From Malacoraja senta (taxonomy: Eukaryota): DNA of 64,000 nucleotides. Within the stretch, counting starts at the first letter, position 1. Each line of letters starts with the position of its first letter. This document shows positions 45,501 to 57,500 of this stretch, in pieces. The notes below the pieces were generated by a model that was given only the letters and a program-made list of their open reading frames with translations, was not told the DNA's origin and did not search any database. A program made the translations under genes and the position numbers. The stretch covers positions 746,001 to 810,000 of the forward strand of contig CM075999.1 in the NCBI GenBank assembly GCA_038087875.1, in the 5' to 3' direction.

Positions 45501-48500
45501 TGAACCTAACATCTCCACATTTCCAGAAACCACTGTACCAAAAGAATAAGTGAATATGTAATTGCCATATATATTCCATGACAAATGCTGCTGGCATATC
45601 TTCTGTCAAAAACCGCACACGTGATGTTTCCAAATTCTTTGGTACCTTGAAAACACATGCGGCCTACTTCCCAGAACAGTCAAGAACATTATCACGTTGA
45701 TACCAAAAAATCACAAATTGTAGTTCAATGTATTTTCTCCCAGAAAGACTCCAGTCTTTAAATTTACTTGAACCTAAAATCTCCACCTTTCCAGAAACCA
45801 CTGTACCATCTACAAGCACAGAAGCAACTACAACAGCTTCAAGCACCATATCAGTTCCCGCATCAACGACAATAGAAACAACTACAGGCAGCACAAGTAC
45901 ATCTACAACAGAAGCTACCACCCCCTTCACGACCACACCACTAACAACCACTGGTGAGTCCAGAATGCTACAATAAGGCAAAAATAAATTTGTTCCTTCC
46001 ACGTCCAGTCAACAAGAATCATAACAATAGAACAAGTTAACATGGATTGGGCATGTGTGTTCCATGGCATATACTGTTGCATATTTTCTGACAAAAGCAC
46101 CACAGATTTTGTTTCCAAACTATTTGGTCCCTTGAAAACAAATGCGGCCTTCTGCCCAGAATATTCCACAAATTATCACATTGATACAAAAAGATGAAAA
46201 TTTCAATTCAATGCATTTTCTGCCCTTAAGATTCCTGTCTTTAAATTTACCTGAACCTAACATCTCCACATTTCCAGAAACCACTGTACCAATAGAATAA
46301 GTTAATATGTAATTGCCATATATATTCCATGACAAATGCTGCTGGCATATCTTCTGTCAAAAAACGCACACGTGATGTTTCCAAATTCTTTGGTACCTTG
46401 AAAACACATGCGGCCTACTTCCCAGAACAGTCAAGAACATTATCACGTTGATACCAAAAAATCCCAAATTGTAGTTCAATGTATTTTCTCCCAGAAAGAC
46501 TCCAGTCTTTAAATTTACTTGAACCTAAAATCTCCACCTTTCCAGAAACCACTGAACCATCTACAAGCACAGAGGCAACTACAACAGCTTCAAGCACCAT
46601 ATCAGTTCCCACATCAACGACAATAGAAACAACTACAGGCAGCACAAGTGCATCTACAACAGAAGCTACCACCACCTTCACGACCACACCACTAACAACC
46701 ACTGGTGAGTCCAGAATGCTACAATAAGGCAAAAATAAATTTGTTCCTTCCACGTCCAGTCAACAAGAATCATAACAATAGAACAAGTTAACATGGATTG
46801 GGCATGTGTGTTCCATGGCATATACTGTTGCATATTTTCTGACAAAAACACCACAGATTTTGTTTCCAAACTATTTGGTCCCTTGAAAACAAATGCGGCC
46901 TACTGCCCAGAATATTCCACAAATTATCACATTGATACAAAAAGATGAAAATTTCAATTCAATGCATTTTCTGCCCTCAAGATTCCTGTCTTTAAATTTA
47001 CCTGAACCTAACATCTCCACATTTCCAGAAACCACTGTACCAATAGAATAAGTTAATATGTAATTGCCATATATATTCCATGACAAATGCTGCTGGCATA
47101 TCTTCTGTCAAAAATGCACACGTGATGTTTGCAAATTCTTTCGTACCGAGAACACATGCGGCCTACCTCCCAGAATAGTCAAGAACATTATCACGTTGAC
47201 ACAAAAAAAATCCAGAATTGTAGTTCAATGTATTTTCTCCCCGAAAGACTCCAGTCTTTAAATTTACTTGAACCTAAAATCTCCACCTTTCCAGAAACCA
47301 CTGTACCATCTACAAGTACAGAAGCAACTACAACAGCTTCAAGCACCACATCGGTTCCCATATCAATGACAATAGAAACAACTGCAGGCAGCACAATTGC
47401 ATCTACAACAGAAGTTACCACCACCTTCACGACCTCACCACTTACAACCACTGGTGAGTCCGGTGTGCAAGAGTAATGAAAAATAAATATGTTCCTTACA
47501 CATCCAGTGAATGAGAATCATTACAGTAGAACAAGTTAATATGGATTGGCCATGTGTGTTCCATGGCATATACTGTTGCATATCTACTGTCAAAAACACC
47601 ACAGATTTATTTTCCAAATTCTTTGGTCCCTTGAAAACAAATGTGGTCTACTTTCCAGAATATTTAAGAAAATTGTGATGTTGCTACAAAACAAAAAGCA
47701 AAATTGCAGTTCAATACATTTTATGACCTCCTGGCCTCTGTCTTTAAATGTGCCTGAATCAAAAATCTCCACCTTTCCAGAAACCACTGTACCATCTAGA
47801 AGTACGGAGGCTGCTATAACAGCTTCAAGCACTTCAACAGTTCCCACATCAACGACAATAGAAACAACTACAGGCAGCACAAGTGCTTCTTCAACAGAAG
47901 CTACCACCACCTTCACGACCACACCACTTACAACCACTGGTGAGTCCAGAATGCTACAGTAAGGCAAAATAAATTTGTTCCTTCCACGTCCAGTGAACAA
48001 GAATCATTACAATAGAACAAGTTAACATGGATTGGCCATGTGTGTTCCATGGCATATACTGTTGCATATCTTCTGTCAAAAACATCACAGATTTTTTTTC
48101 CAAATTCTTTGGTCGCTAGAAATCAAATGCGGTCTACTTTCCAGAATATTTAATAAAATTATCATGTTCATACAAAAAAAAGCAAAATTGTAGTACAATA
48201 CATTTTCTGCTCTCATGACTTCAGTCTTTAAATTTGCCTGAATCAAAAATCTCCACCTTTCCAGAAACCACTGTACCATCTACACGTACAGAGGCTACTA
48301 CAACAGCTTCAAGCACCACAACAGTTCCCACATCAACGACAATAGAAACAACTACAGGCAGCACAAGTGCACCTACAACAGAAGCTACCACCACCTTCAC
48401 GACCACACCACTTACAACCACTGGTGAGTCCGGTATGCAAGAGAAATGCAAAATAAATATGTTCCTTACACATCCAGTGAATAAGAATCATTACAATAGA

Positions 48501-51500
48501 ACAAGTTAACACGGATTGGCCATGTGTGTTCCATGGAATATACTGTTGCATATCTTCTGTCAAAAACACCACAGATTTTGTTTCCAAACTCTTTGGTCCC
48601 TTGAAAACAAATGCGGCCTACTAGCCAGAATATTCCACAAATTATCACGTTGATACAAAAAGATGCAAAATTACAATTCAATGCATTTTCTGCCCTTAAG
48701 ATTCCAGTCTTTAAATTTACCTGAACCTAAAATCGGCACATTTCCTGAAACCACTGTACCAGTAGAATAAGTTAATATGTAATCGCCATTGATTTCCATG
48801 ACAAATGCTGCTGGCATATCTTCTGTCAAAAACCGCACACGTGATGTATCCAAATTCTTTGGTACCTTGAAAACACATGCGGCCTACTTCCCAGAATAGT
48901 TAAGAACATTATCACGTTGATACAAAAAAATCCCAAATTGAAATTCAATATATTTTCTCCCCGAAAGACTCCAGTCTTTAAATGTACTTGAACCTAAAAT
49001 CTCCACCTTTCCAGAAACCACTGTACCATCTACAAGCACAGAGGTAACAACAACAGCTTCAAGCACCACATCAGTTCCCACATCAACGACAATGGAAACA
49101 ACTACAGGCAGCACAATTGCATCTACAACAGAAGTTACCACCACCTTCACGACCACACCACTTACAACCACTGGTGAGTCCGGTGTGCAAGAGTAATGCA
49201 AAATAAATTTGTTCCTTACGCATCCAGTGAATAAGAAGCATTACAGTGGAACAAGTTAATATGGATTGGCCATGTGTGTTCCATGGCATATACTGTTGCA
49301 TATCTTCTGTCAAATACACCACAGATTTTTTTTCCAAATTCTTTGGTCCCTTGAAAACAAATGTGGCCCACTTCCCAGAGTATTCAAGAAAATTATCATG
49401 TTGATATTAAAAAAAAGCAAAATTGTAGTTCAATACATTTTCTGCTCTCATGACTTCAGTCTTTAAATTTGCCTGAATCAAAAATCTCCACCTTTCCAGA
49501 AACCACTGTACCATCTACAAGTACAGAGGCAACTACAACAGCTTCAAGCACCACATCAGTTCCCACATCAACGACAATAGAAACAACTACAGGCAGCACA
49601 AGTGCACCTACAACAGAAGCTACCACCACCTTCACGACCACACCACTTACAAGCACTGGTGAGTCCAGAATGCTACAGTAAGGCAAAATAAATGTGTTCC
49701 TTACACATGCAGTGAATAAGAATCATTTCAATAGAACAAGTTAACATGGATTGGCCATGTGTGTTCCATGGCATATACTGTTGCATATCTTCTGTCAAAA
49801 ACACCACAGATTTTTTTTCCAAATTCTTTGGTCCCTAGAAACCAAATGCGGCCTACTAGCCAGAATATTCCACAAATTATCACGTTGATACAAAAAGATG
49901 CAAAATTACAATTCAAAGCATTTTCTGCCCTTAACATTCCAGTCTTTTAAATTTAACTGAACCAAAAATCGGCACATTCTACTGTACCAGTAGAATAAGT
50001 TAATATGTAATCGCCATATATATTCCATGACAAATGCTGCTGGCATATCTTCTGTCAAAACCGCACACGTGATGTTTCCAAATTCTTTGGTACCTTGAAA
50101 ACACATGCGGCCTACTTCCCAGAACAGTCAAGAACATTATAACGTTGATACCAAAAAATCCCAAATTGTAGTTCAATGTATTTTCTCCCCGAAAGACTCC
50201 AGTCTTTAAATTTACTTGCACCTAAAATCTCCACCTTTCCAGAAACCACTGTACCATCTACAAGCACAGAGGCAACTACAACAGCTTCAAGCACCATATC
50301 AGTTCCCACATCAACGACAATAGAAACAACTACAGGCAGCACAAGTGCATCTACAACAGAAGCTACCACCACCTTCACGACCACACCACTAACAACCACT
50401 GGTGAGTCCAGAATGCTACAATAAGGCAAAAATTAATTTGTTCCTTCCACGTCCAGTCAACAAGAATCATAACAATAGAACAAGTTAACATGGATTGGCC
50501 ATGTGTGTTCCATGGCATATACTGTTGCATATTTTCTGACAAAAACACCACAGATTTTGTTTACAAACTATTTGGTCCCTTGAAAACAAATGCGGCCTTC
50601 TGCCCGGAATATTCCACAAATTATCACATTGATACAAAAAGATGAAAATTTCAATTCAATGCATTTTCTGCCCTTAAGATTCCTGTCTTTAAATTTACCT
50701 GAACCTAACATCTCCACATTTCCAGAAAGCACTGTACCAATAGAATAAGTTAATATGTAATTGCCATATATATTCCATGACAAATGCTGCTGGCATATCT
50801 TCTGTCAAAAAACGCACACGTGATGTTTGCAAATTCTTTCGTACCTTGAGAACACATGCGGCCTACTTCCCAGAATAGTCAAGAACATTATCACGTTGAC
50901 ACAAAAAAAATCCAGAATTGTAGTTCAATGTATTTTCTCCCCGAAAGACTCCAGTCTTTAAATTTACTTGAACCTAAAATCTCCACCTTTCCAGAAACCA
51001 CTGTACCATCTACAAGTACAGAGGCTACTACAACAGCTTCAAGCACCACAACAGTTCTCACATCAATGACAATAGAAACAACAACAGGCAGCACAAGTGC
51101 TTCTTCAACAGAAGCTACCACCACCTTCACGACCACACCACTTACAACCACTGGTGAGTCCGGTATGCAAGAGAAATGCAAAATAAATATGTTCCTTACA
51201 CATCCAGTGAATAAGAATAATTACAGTAGAACAAGTTAACATGGATTGGTCATGTGCCTTCCATGGCATATTTTGTTGGCATATCTTCTGTCAAAAACAC
51301 CACAGATTTTTTTTCCAAATTCTTTGGTCCCTAGAAATCAAATGCAGTCTACTTTCCAGAATATTTAAGAAAATTATCATGTTGATACAAAAAAAAGCAA
51401 AATTGTAGTACAATACATTTTCTGCTCTCATGACTTCAGTCTTTAAATTTGCCTGAATCAAAAATCTGCATCTTTCCAAAAACTACTGTACCATCCTCAA

Positions 51501-54500
51501 GTACAGAGCCAACTCCAATAGCTCATTCAACTTGTCTTAACATGGAATCTCCCATGTTCTAGAAACAACTGAAACATCTTCCACATCCATTCAAACCTCT
51601 ACCAGTTTACAGGGATCAAGCTCAGCAGCAACAGTGACCTCCAGTGAAGCACCTAACCCTATAACAGGAAAGAATAAAGTGCAATAGATTGATAGGGAGA
51701 TTCTGCCAATTGCCGCTGAATTTTTGTCTAGAAGTCACATTTATATAAAATCATTAAATATTTTCATTTCATTTAAAATATCCCGACGGTTTACAAATAT
51801 ATAATTCTGGGTCTAACCAAAGTGCTAGAGTAACTCAGTGCTCTAGAGCTATTAAGCATCAGCACTAACCATGATACATTGCGTGTTTATGCCCCCCCCC
51901 CTCCCTCCTCCCTCTTCACCCGTCCCCATGTCCCCCTGTCCCCCTGGCCCTCCGTCTGCCTAGTCTCCCCCATCCCCCCTGTCCCCCCCGTACCCCCCCG
52001 TACCCTTCCCCACCACACTGTTAAATTGGAGGATTGCACTACACAATCGACCCTGATCCGATGTGATCCCTAATTCATTTAAAAAGCTGAGCCTTATTTT
52101 ACAGAGAGGGCGGGCTGCCAGTGGGCATATAAACCATTTTGAATGGAACTAAAAGCGGGTTGTTCTGTATGTTTCCCCTGTAAAATCAATGCATTGTTGG
52201 GATTGTAGGAGAATCAGACAAATTGGAACATGACTATTTAGGAAAGTTATTCTTGTTCAACTTGTTCAACTTTTTTTTTTTTTTTTTTGAAAATATTTTT
52301 TATTGGAGATAAGTACATAACCTATTAACATCATTACAGTCTTACATTTTTAAATTGATAATATTATCAATTATTATTACATTGTCTCCAATACCTTTTG
52401 CCTTTTTTTTATTTTAAACTAGATAGAACTAAAAAGATAGATGAAGTAAAGAAAGAAAAGAAAGAGAAGAAAAACGGAGAAAAAAAAAAAAACACAACAA
52501 AAAAAACAAAAAAACAAAAGAGAAAGATAGTTAAAGAAGAGTGGAAAAATTTATTAAAATAAAAAACTTCATTCGAGATATATTCGTACATTTCAGAATA
52601 TAGCATTTCATCCATTTTTTAGCCCGGGCATTAGTCGGGTTCCCGTGCTGAACCATTCTGACCCTTTAAATAATCAATTAAGGGAGACCATGTTCCAACG
52701 AATACTCCCTGTTTGTCCAACAGGGAAAATCTGATTCTTTCCCCGTTTAGGGTCTCCGTCATTTCTATAATCCACATTTTGATTGTGGGGGCCGTAGGGC
52801 CTTACCAAAATTTTAGAATTAATTTTTTTCCTGTTATTATACCATAATCAATAAAGTTTCTTTGTGTTGTTGTAAATGTTTGATTTAATTCTGATGTTCC
52901 AAGTATTATAAATTTTGGATCCGGGTCCACTTGTGTGCTGGTCACTTTAGAACTTGTTCAACTTTTGACATGCATATTGTACACCAAGAAAGATCCCCTT
53001 TAATTTGTCACCACCTTGATGATTTGTCACCACCTTGAACAAGGTTGAATCTTTTCAGAAAAACAGACACAAAGTGCTAGAGTAACTCAGTGCGTCAAGC
53101 AGCATCTCTGGAGAAAATGGATAGGTGACGTTTCGGGTCAGGACTCTTTTTCAGACTGATTGTATTAAGGAGAGTGTAAAAATGTTTAACTTCATTTTGC
53201 TTTGTATCTCTTTCAGATATAGTGGAACCCCCGATAGTGCCAGTTACGGTAAAACCAATTGAAGACGTTCTGATGAAACTATTTAACGTTACCTTCAATG
53301 TGTTCAAACTGCCATTCACACCAAGTCTCCAAAATATCAGTTCCCCACTGTACATGATCGAATCAGCGAACATTATTAATGAGGTAAACATAATATCTAT
53401 GATTAGGATCGAGAATAATACATTTAGTTATACTTTACGTACTAAAATGAATTTTTTTATTTCCAACAGCTGAATAATCTGTTTGCCAATAGCAATGTAA
53501 ATTCAACATTTACAAGGTGTCAGTCTGCATCTTTCCGGTAAGAAAATAATTATTTCTTTGAAAATTCCAAGATAACATGAATGTAAACCTATATCAATGC
53601 TCAAACAGCATGCATTTATTAAATAATACTAAATAGCAAGTCATAGTAAGAAAATTATACTCTCACATTCATAGCCTGGTGTTTGCACGAGTTATGGACG
53701 AGTTTATCTACAATAACTGATAAATTATTGTAAATATTATTTTGCATCTAATATACCTGTTACATGTAAGAGTTTCATTGTTTTGCTTCAATTGTGGTGG
53801 GTATGACAAATAAACACTCTTTCATTGTCTCACTTTTACACTATCATGGTCTAGTTTACTTAGAATAATAGATGATTTATTGTACTTTTTAAAAAACTAA
53901 TGTACTTGTAGAAAATAAGAGTTTCATTGTTCTAGTTTGTTTCTCATGTACATGCCAAGTAAACTCTGAGGAGTTGATTCCCTCACTGTATTGTCACAAT
54001 CAAGAGCCGATTTGGATCTGACTCAAATACTTCTGATTCTGATTCAAATACATTTTTTACATTTAAATAACATTAATTTGGGGCTTCCAAACAAACTCAG
54101 ACATGCAGGATGTATTCAGCTTTAGAAAGTCCCAATATGTCAGTTGATTTCATCTCCGACCCTCGCCTGGAGTTTATTAGACTCCACTCCTAATAAGAGC
54201 GGCAAGTATTTTGCTTGAATTTAACCTCCTTAATGTGGTGTCGGGTGTGAAATAGGATTAGAGAAGCAATTCTGTCAATGGGGATTCTATCAATGGCGAC
54301 CCCCCTGTCAATTGGGATTATAATAAACATAAAAAATTATAAAAGGACTGGACAAGCTAGATGCAGGAAAAATGTTCCCAATGTTGGGCGAGTCCAAAAT
54401 CACGGGACACAGTCTTAGAATAAAGGGGAGGTAATTTAAGACTGAGGTGAGAAAAAACTTTTTCACCCAGAGAGTTGTGAATTTATGGAATTCCCTGCCA

Positions 54501-57500
54501 CAGAGGGCAGTGGAGGCCAAATCACTGGAGGGATTTAAGAGAGAGTTAGATAGAGCTCTAGGGGCTAGTGGAGTCAAGGGATATGGGGAGAAGGCAGGCA
54601 TGGGTTATTGATAGGGACGATCAGCCATGATCACAATGAATGGCGGTGCTGGCTCGAAGGGCCGAATGGCCTCCACCTGCACCTATTTTCTATGTTTCTA
54701 TGTTTCTATAGAGCACCAAATTCGGATACAAAGGAAAAGATAAGTTTCTTGTTAACTTACATTCTTAAGGTTAATTTAGCTAACAATATTCCATTTTTAA
54801 AACATTTCATCAACTTTATTTTGGTTATAAATAATTTTCTGCAATTTTCATTATTTTTAAACATCTTGGGAGATCTCAGAAATGTACGGCCGACTGAAAC
54901 TCACTCACGGAGTTGACAGCCAATATAACCAGAGACAGGACTTTGCCTGATGTTAAAGCTTGAGGAGTGTTTGCTGGGTGGGGCATGTTCACTGTGCCTC
55001 TTGAGGCCCCACCATTTTGGCTGATATAGTTTTATGTTTTAGAGACACAATGTGGAAACAGGCCTATCAGCTCAACAAGTCCATGTCAACCATTGATCAT
55101 CCATTAAACACTAGTTCTATGTTATCTCAATATTCTCGTCCACTCCCTACACATTAAGTGCAATTTACAGAGGTTCTATAACCTACAAATATGCACGAAC
55201 AACTGGAGGATACCCATGCAGTCACTGAGCGAATGTACAAACTCCACCCAGAGAACACCGTGGATTAAACCCGGATCTCTGGTGTTATGAGGCAGCAGCT
55301 CGACCAGCTGCACTACTGTGCTATTCTTTCCCCAGGATTCCTTGGGTCAGGAGATCTGGCAAGTTGGTCATTTGGAAGGTAATAGGCAATGATACCAGGC
55401 AAGGGGAAAGGCCCATCAGGCTCTGGTGCAACTTGCAACATAATTTTATTGAAGAAAAATAATTACATGGAAAACAGAAAGTGTTGAAAATATTCAGCTG
55501 GACAGACAACATCTGTCATGACAGAAGCAAATTCACGACCTGTTCGTTTTAGAAATCAATACATTAATTATTTATACAGGAATATATCTTTCTAGCTGTA
55601 ACAGACATTCAATTATTTGGTATTAGGTTGAAAGGTTTTAAGCTAATTAAACACCTGCTCTTTGTCCATTACAGTCCAGCAAGTGATGGCAATACTACAG
55701 TGGAGGCAATCTGTGTCTTCAAAATCCTTATTTCAGGCCAACGAGTTGATGAAGTTCAGATTTACCATGAATTTCAGAACAACACAGAAGACATCACCAC
55801 TTTGGGGTCATATTCATTGGATAGCAACAGCCTGTTTGTGAATGGTACATCTTAATATTAATTAAATATCTATATAATTGTATTAAAACTGTTATCTGAT
55901 AATATTTTACTTTGTATGTGTTTTCTTACCCAGCTATTCTCTTGATTTTGCAGGTTACCATGAACCAAGACCTACAACCAGTGAGTACCATTTCTAATTC
56001 TATATTTTACTAAATCTTCTTTTATAGTGAATATCAACAGTAAATATTATTTACCAAACATTGAATAAATATTGTCATATGTGCCCTCCATATTAGTGAT
56101 GCAGTCTTGGCAACCGTGTGACAATGGAAAGTGGATGAGATGTGACTGTCCCATCAACATCAATAGTTTCACCACCACTGATGGCCATACACTCTATCAC
56201 ACCCAACCCAAAATAACCATGGTACAAATTACTATGACATTGGAAATGAAAAGCATTGACTGTTAAAGTCAGAGATGGCTAGAGCACAGAAATTGTCTCT
56301 TTGGATCACTAATCCTATATTAATCATTTTTATTCTCTCCTCAACCGCATCATCAATGCCCTCCCATTGACATATTTGCTTGGATAATTTTATAGTGGCC
56401 ATTTAGCCTCGACCAATACATTATTTGTCTGTGTATAACACTTTGTCCAATCAGTACATTGAAAGATAAAAATGATTCGGCAAAAAGCAATTATTTAATT
56501 CATTGTTTAATAATTTTTCTTAATTCCTTAACAGCAATATCACCAATACAGACCACAACTCCAAATATGCAACCAAATCCCCTTGATTTTAACGTGACCT
56601 TCGTTGCAACTAACCTGGCTTCAGTAGCAGATTTACAAGATCCCAATTCAGCATTGTTCAACTCTGCAGCAAGTGTTATTGTTTTGCAGGTCAGTTGACA
56701 AATTATTGATTGATTTAATTAATTCATTACTCATGGTTCAGAGAGTCTAATACTCTAACCATTGCCTTTTTACAGCTGAACCAACTGTTTCGCAGAAGTA
56801 ATGTTAACAAAACCTTCTCCAGCTGCAGAGTTCTCTCATTCAGGTAAAGAAAACTAAGATTCATCCGAGTCAGTATTTGCATCAACACCACGTGCGACCT
56901 CAGAAAAGCACATGTAACTGCAAGTGCATCAACATTTCCTAAATGGTAACTCTGATGGAAAAATGGCAAGCTTATATTTAGACTTGTTTTTCGGAAAAAT
57001 AATTTCCAAACCAATATTTGTGGATTTCTAGGGAGTTTCACAACGTCCATGGTGGTGCATCCCAAGTCCTTCATGTGCCATGGACATAATGATGTGTAGG
57101 TTCATGGACATGCACTGGTGCACCAGAAAATCAGAAGGTGGCTTTCAGATTCTAGACAACTCCCGCATCATGCAGATATTGTGGTCGACTCATGTAAATG
57201 TTGCCACCGACTGCTTCCAAGGTCTGCTTTAGCATTGCTTTGAGAGGAAACAGATCCAGGCCATGGATTGCAGTTGTGAAAACCCATCTCTGATGGGCTC
57301 TGATGTACTGTTGATTCCCAATATCATAGCTCATCCCATTCCCAATGTATTGATTTTTGTACTAAAATAATACCTCAGGAATCAATAATTGCACAGAAAC
57401 AGTCAACAGAGGAAATATTTATTTTATTTTGTAAATTGAATGCCATATCCCTGTCTACATTTATTCTGGCAAATGACATACATATTATGTGCTTGAGTAT

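Larger units (their letters stand above)
1..51520 (+). repeat. Tandem array of ~484-bp exon+intron monomers interspersed with ~266-bp deleted monomers (mucin PTS repeat array)
   Basis: Exon-to-exon spacing is almost always ~477-487 bp or ~744-752 bp (484+266). The array starts before the window and decays at ~51,480-51,520. Confidence 0.97.

Noticed and set aside
167..49337. Cys-rich - strand ORFs (…GCKWCGREGGG.FCCRC.CAACSC…) resembling metallothionein or toxin peptides
   Set aside because: The TGT/TGC codons are the reverse complement of ACA/GCA runs in the Thr/Ala-rich exon. There is no independent support.
22..51181. Many Val-rich - strand ORFs (VVVSGVVVKVVV...) that look like membrane proteins
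   Set aside because: They are antisense shadows of ACN (Thr) codons. Splice signals and constraint are on the + strand, and these ORF ends vary arbitrarily.
14..51239. Array of small independent genes (MYFLPERLQ..., MPESK..., 70-130 aa)
   Set aside because: The N- and C-terminal parts are intron read-through. Many start at non-ATG codons and are disrupted in some copies, while only the AG-GT-bounded 159 bp is conserved.
1..51500. CRISPR array or other prokaryotic repeat system
   Set aside because: Units are 266-484 bp and wholly repeated, with no unique spacers and no cas-like ORFs. The window has spliceosomal introns and vertebrate LINE/SINE elements.
1..51500. Non-coding centromeric satellite
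   Set aside because: Monomers carry intact in-phase exons that splice in frame to downstream SEA exons.
51879..52615. Pro-rich ORF (51879-52073) and Phe-rich ORF (52409-52615)
   Set aside because: These are translations of low-complexity C-rich DNA and of the A-rich stretch in the L1 3'UTR.
55255..55322. tRNA gene on the - strand
   Set aside because: The A/B-box-like motifs belong to the degenerate head of a SINE and continue into SINE body sequence. I see no complete cloverleaf.
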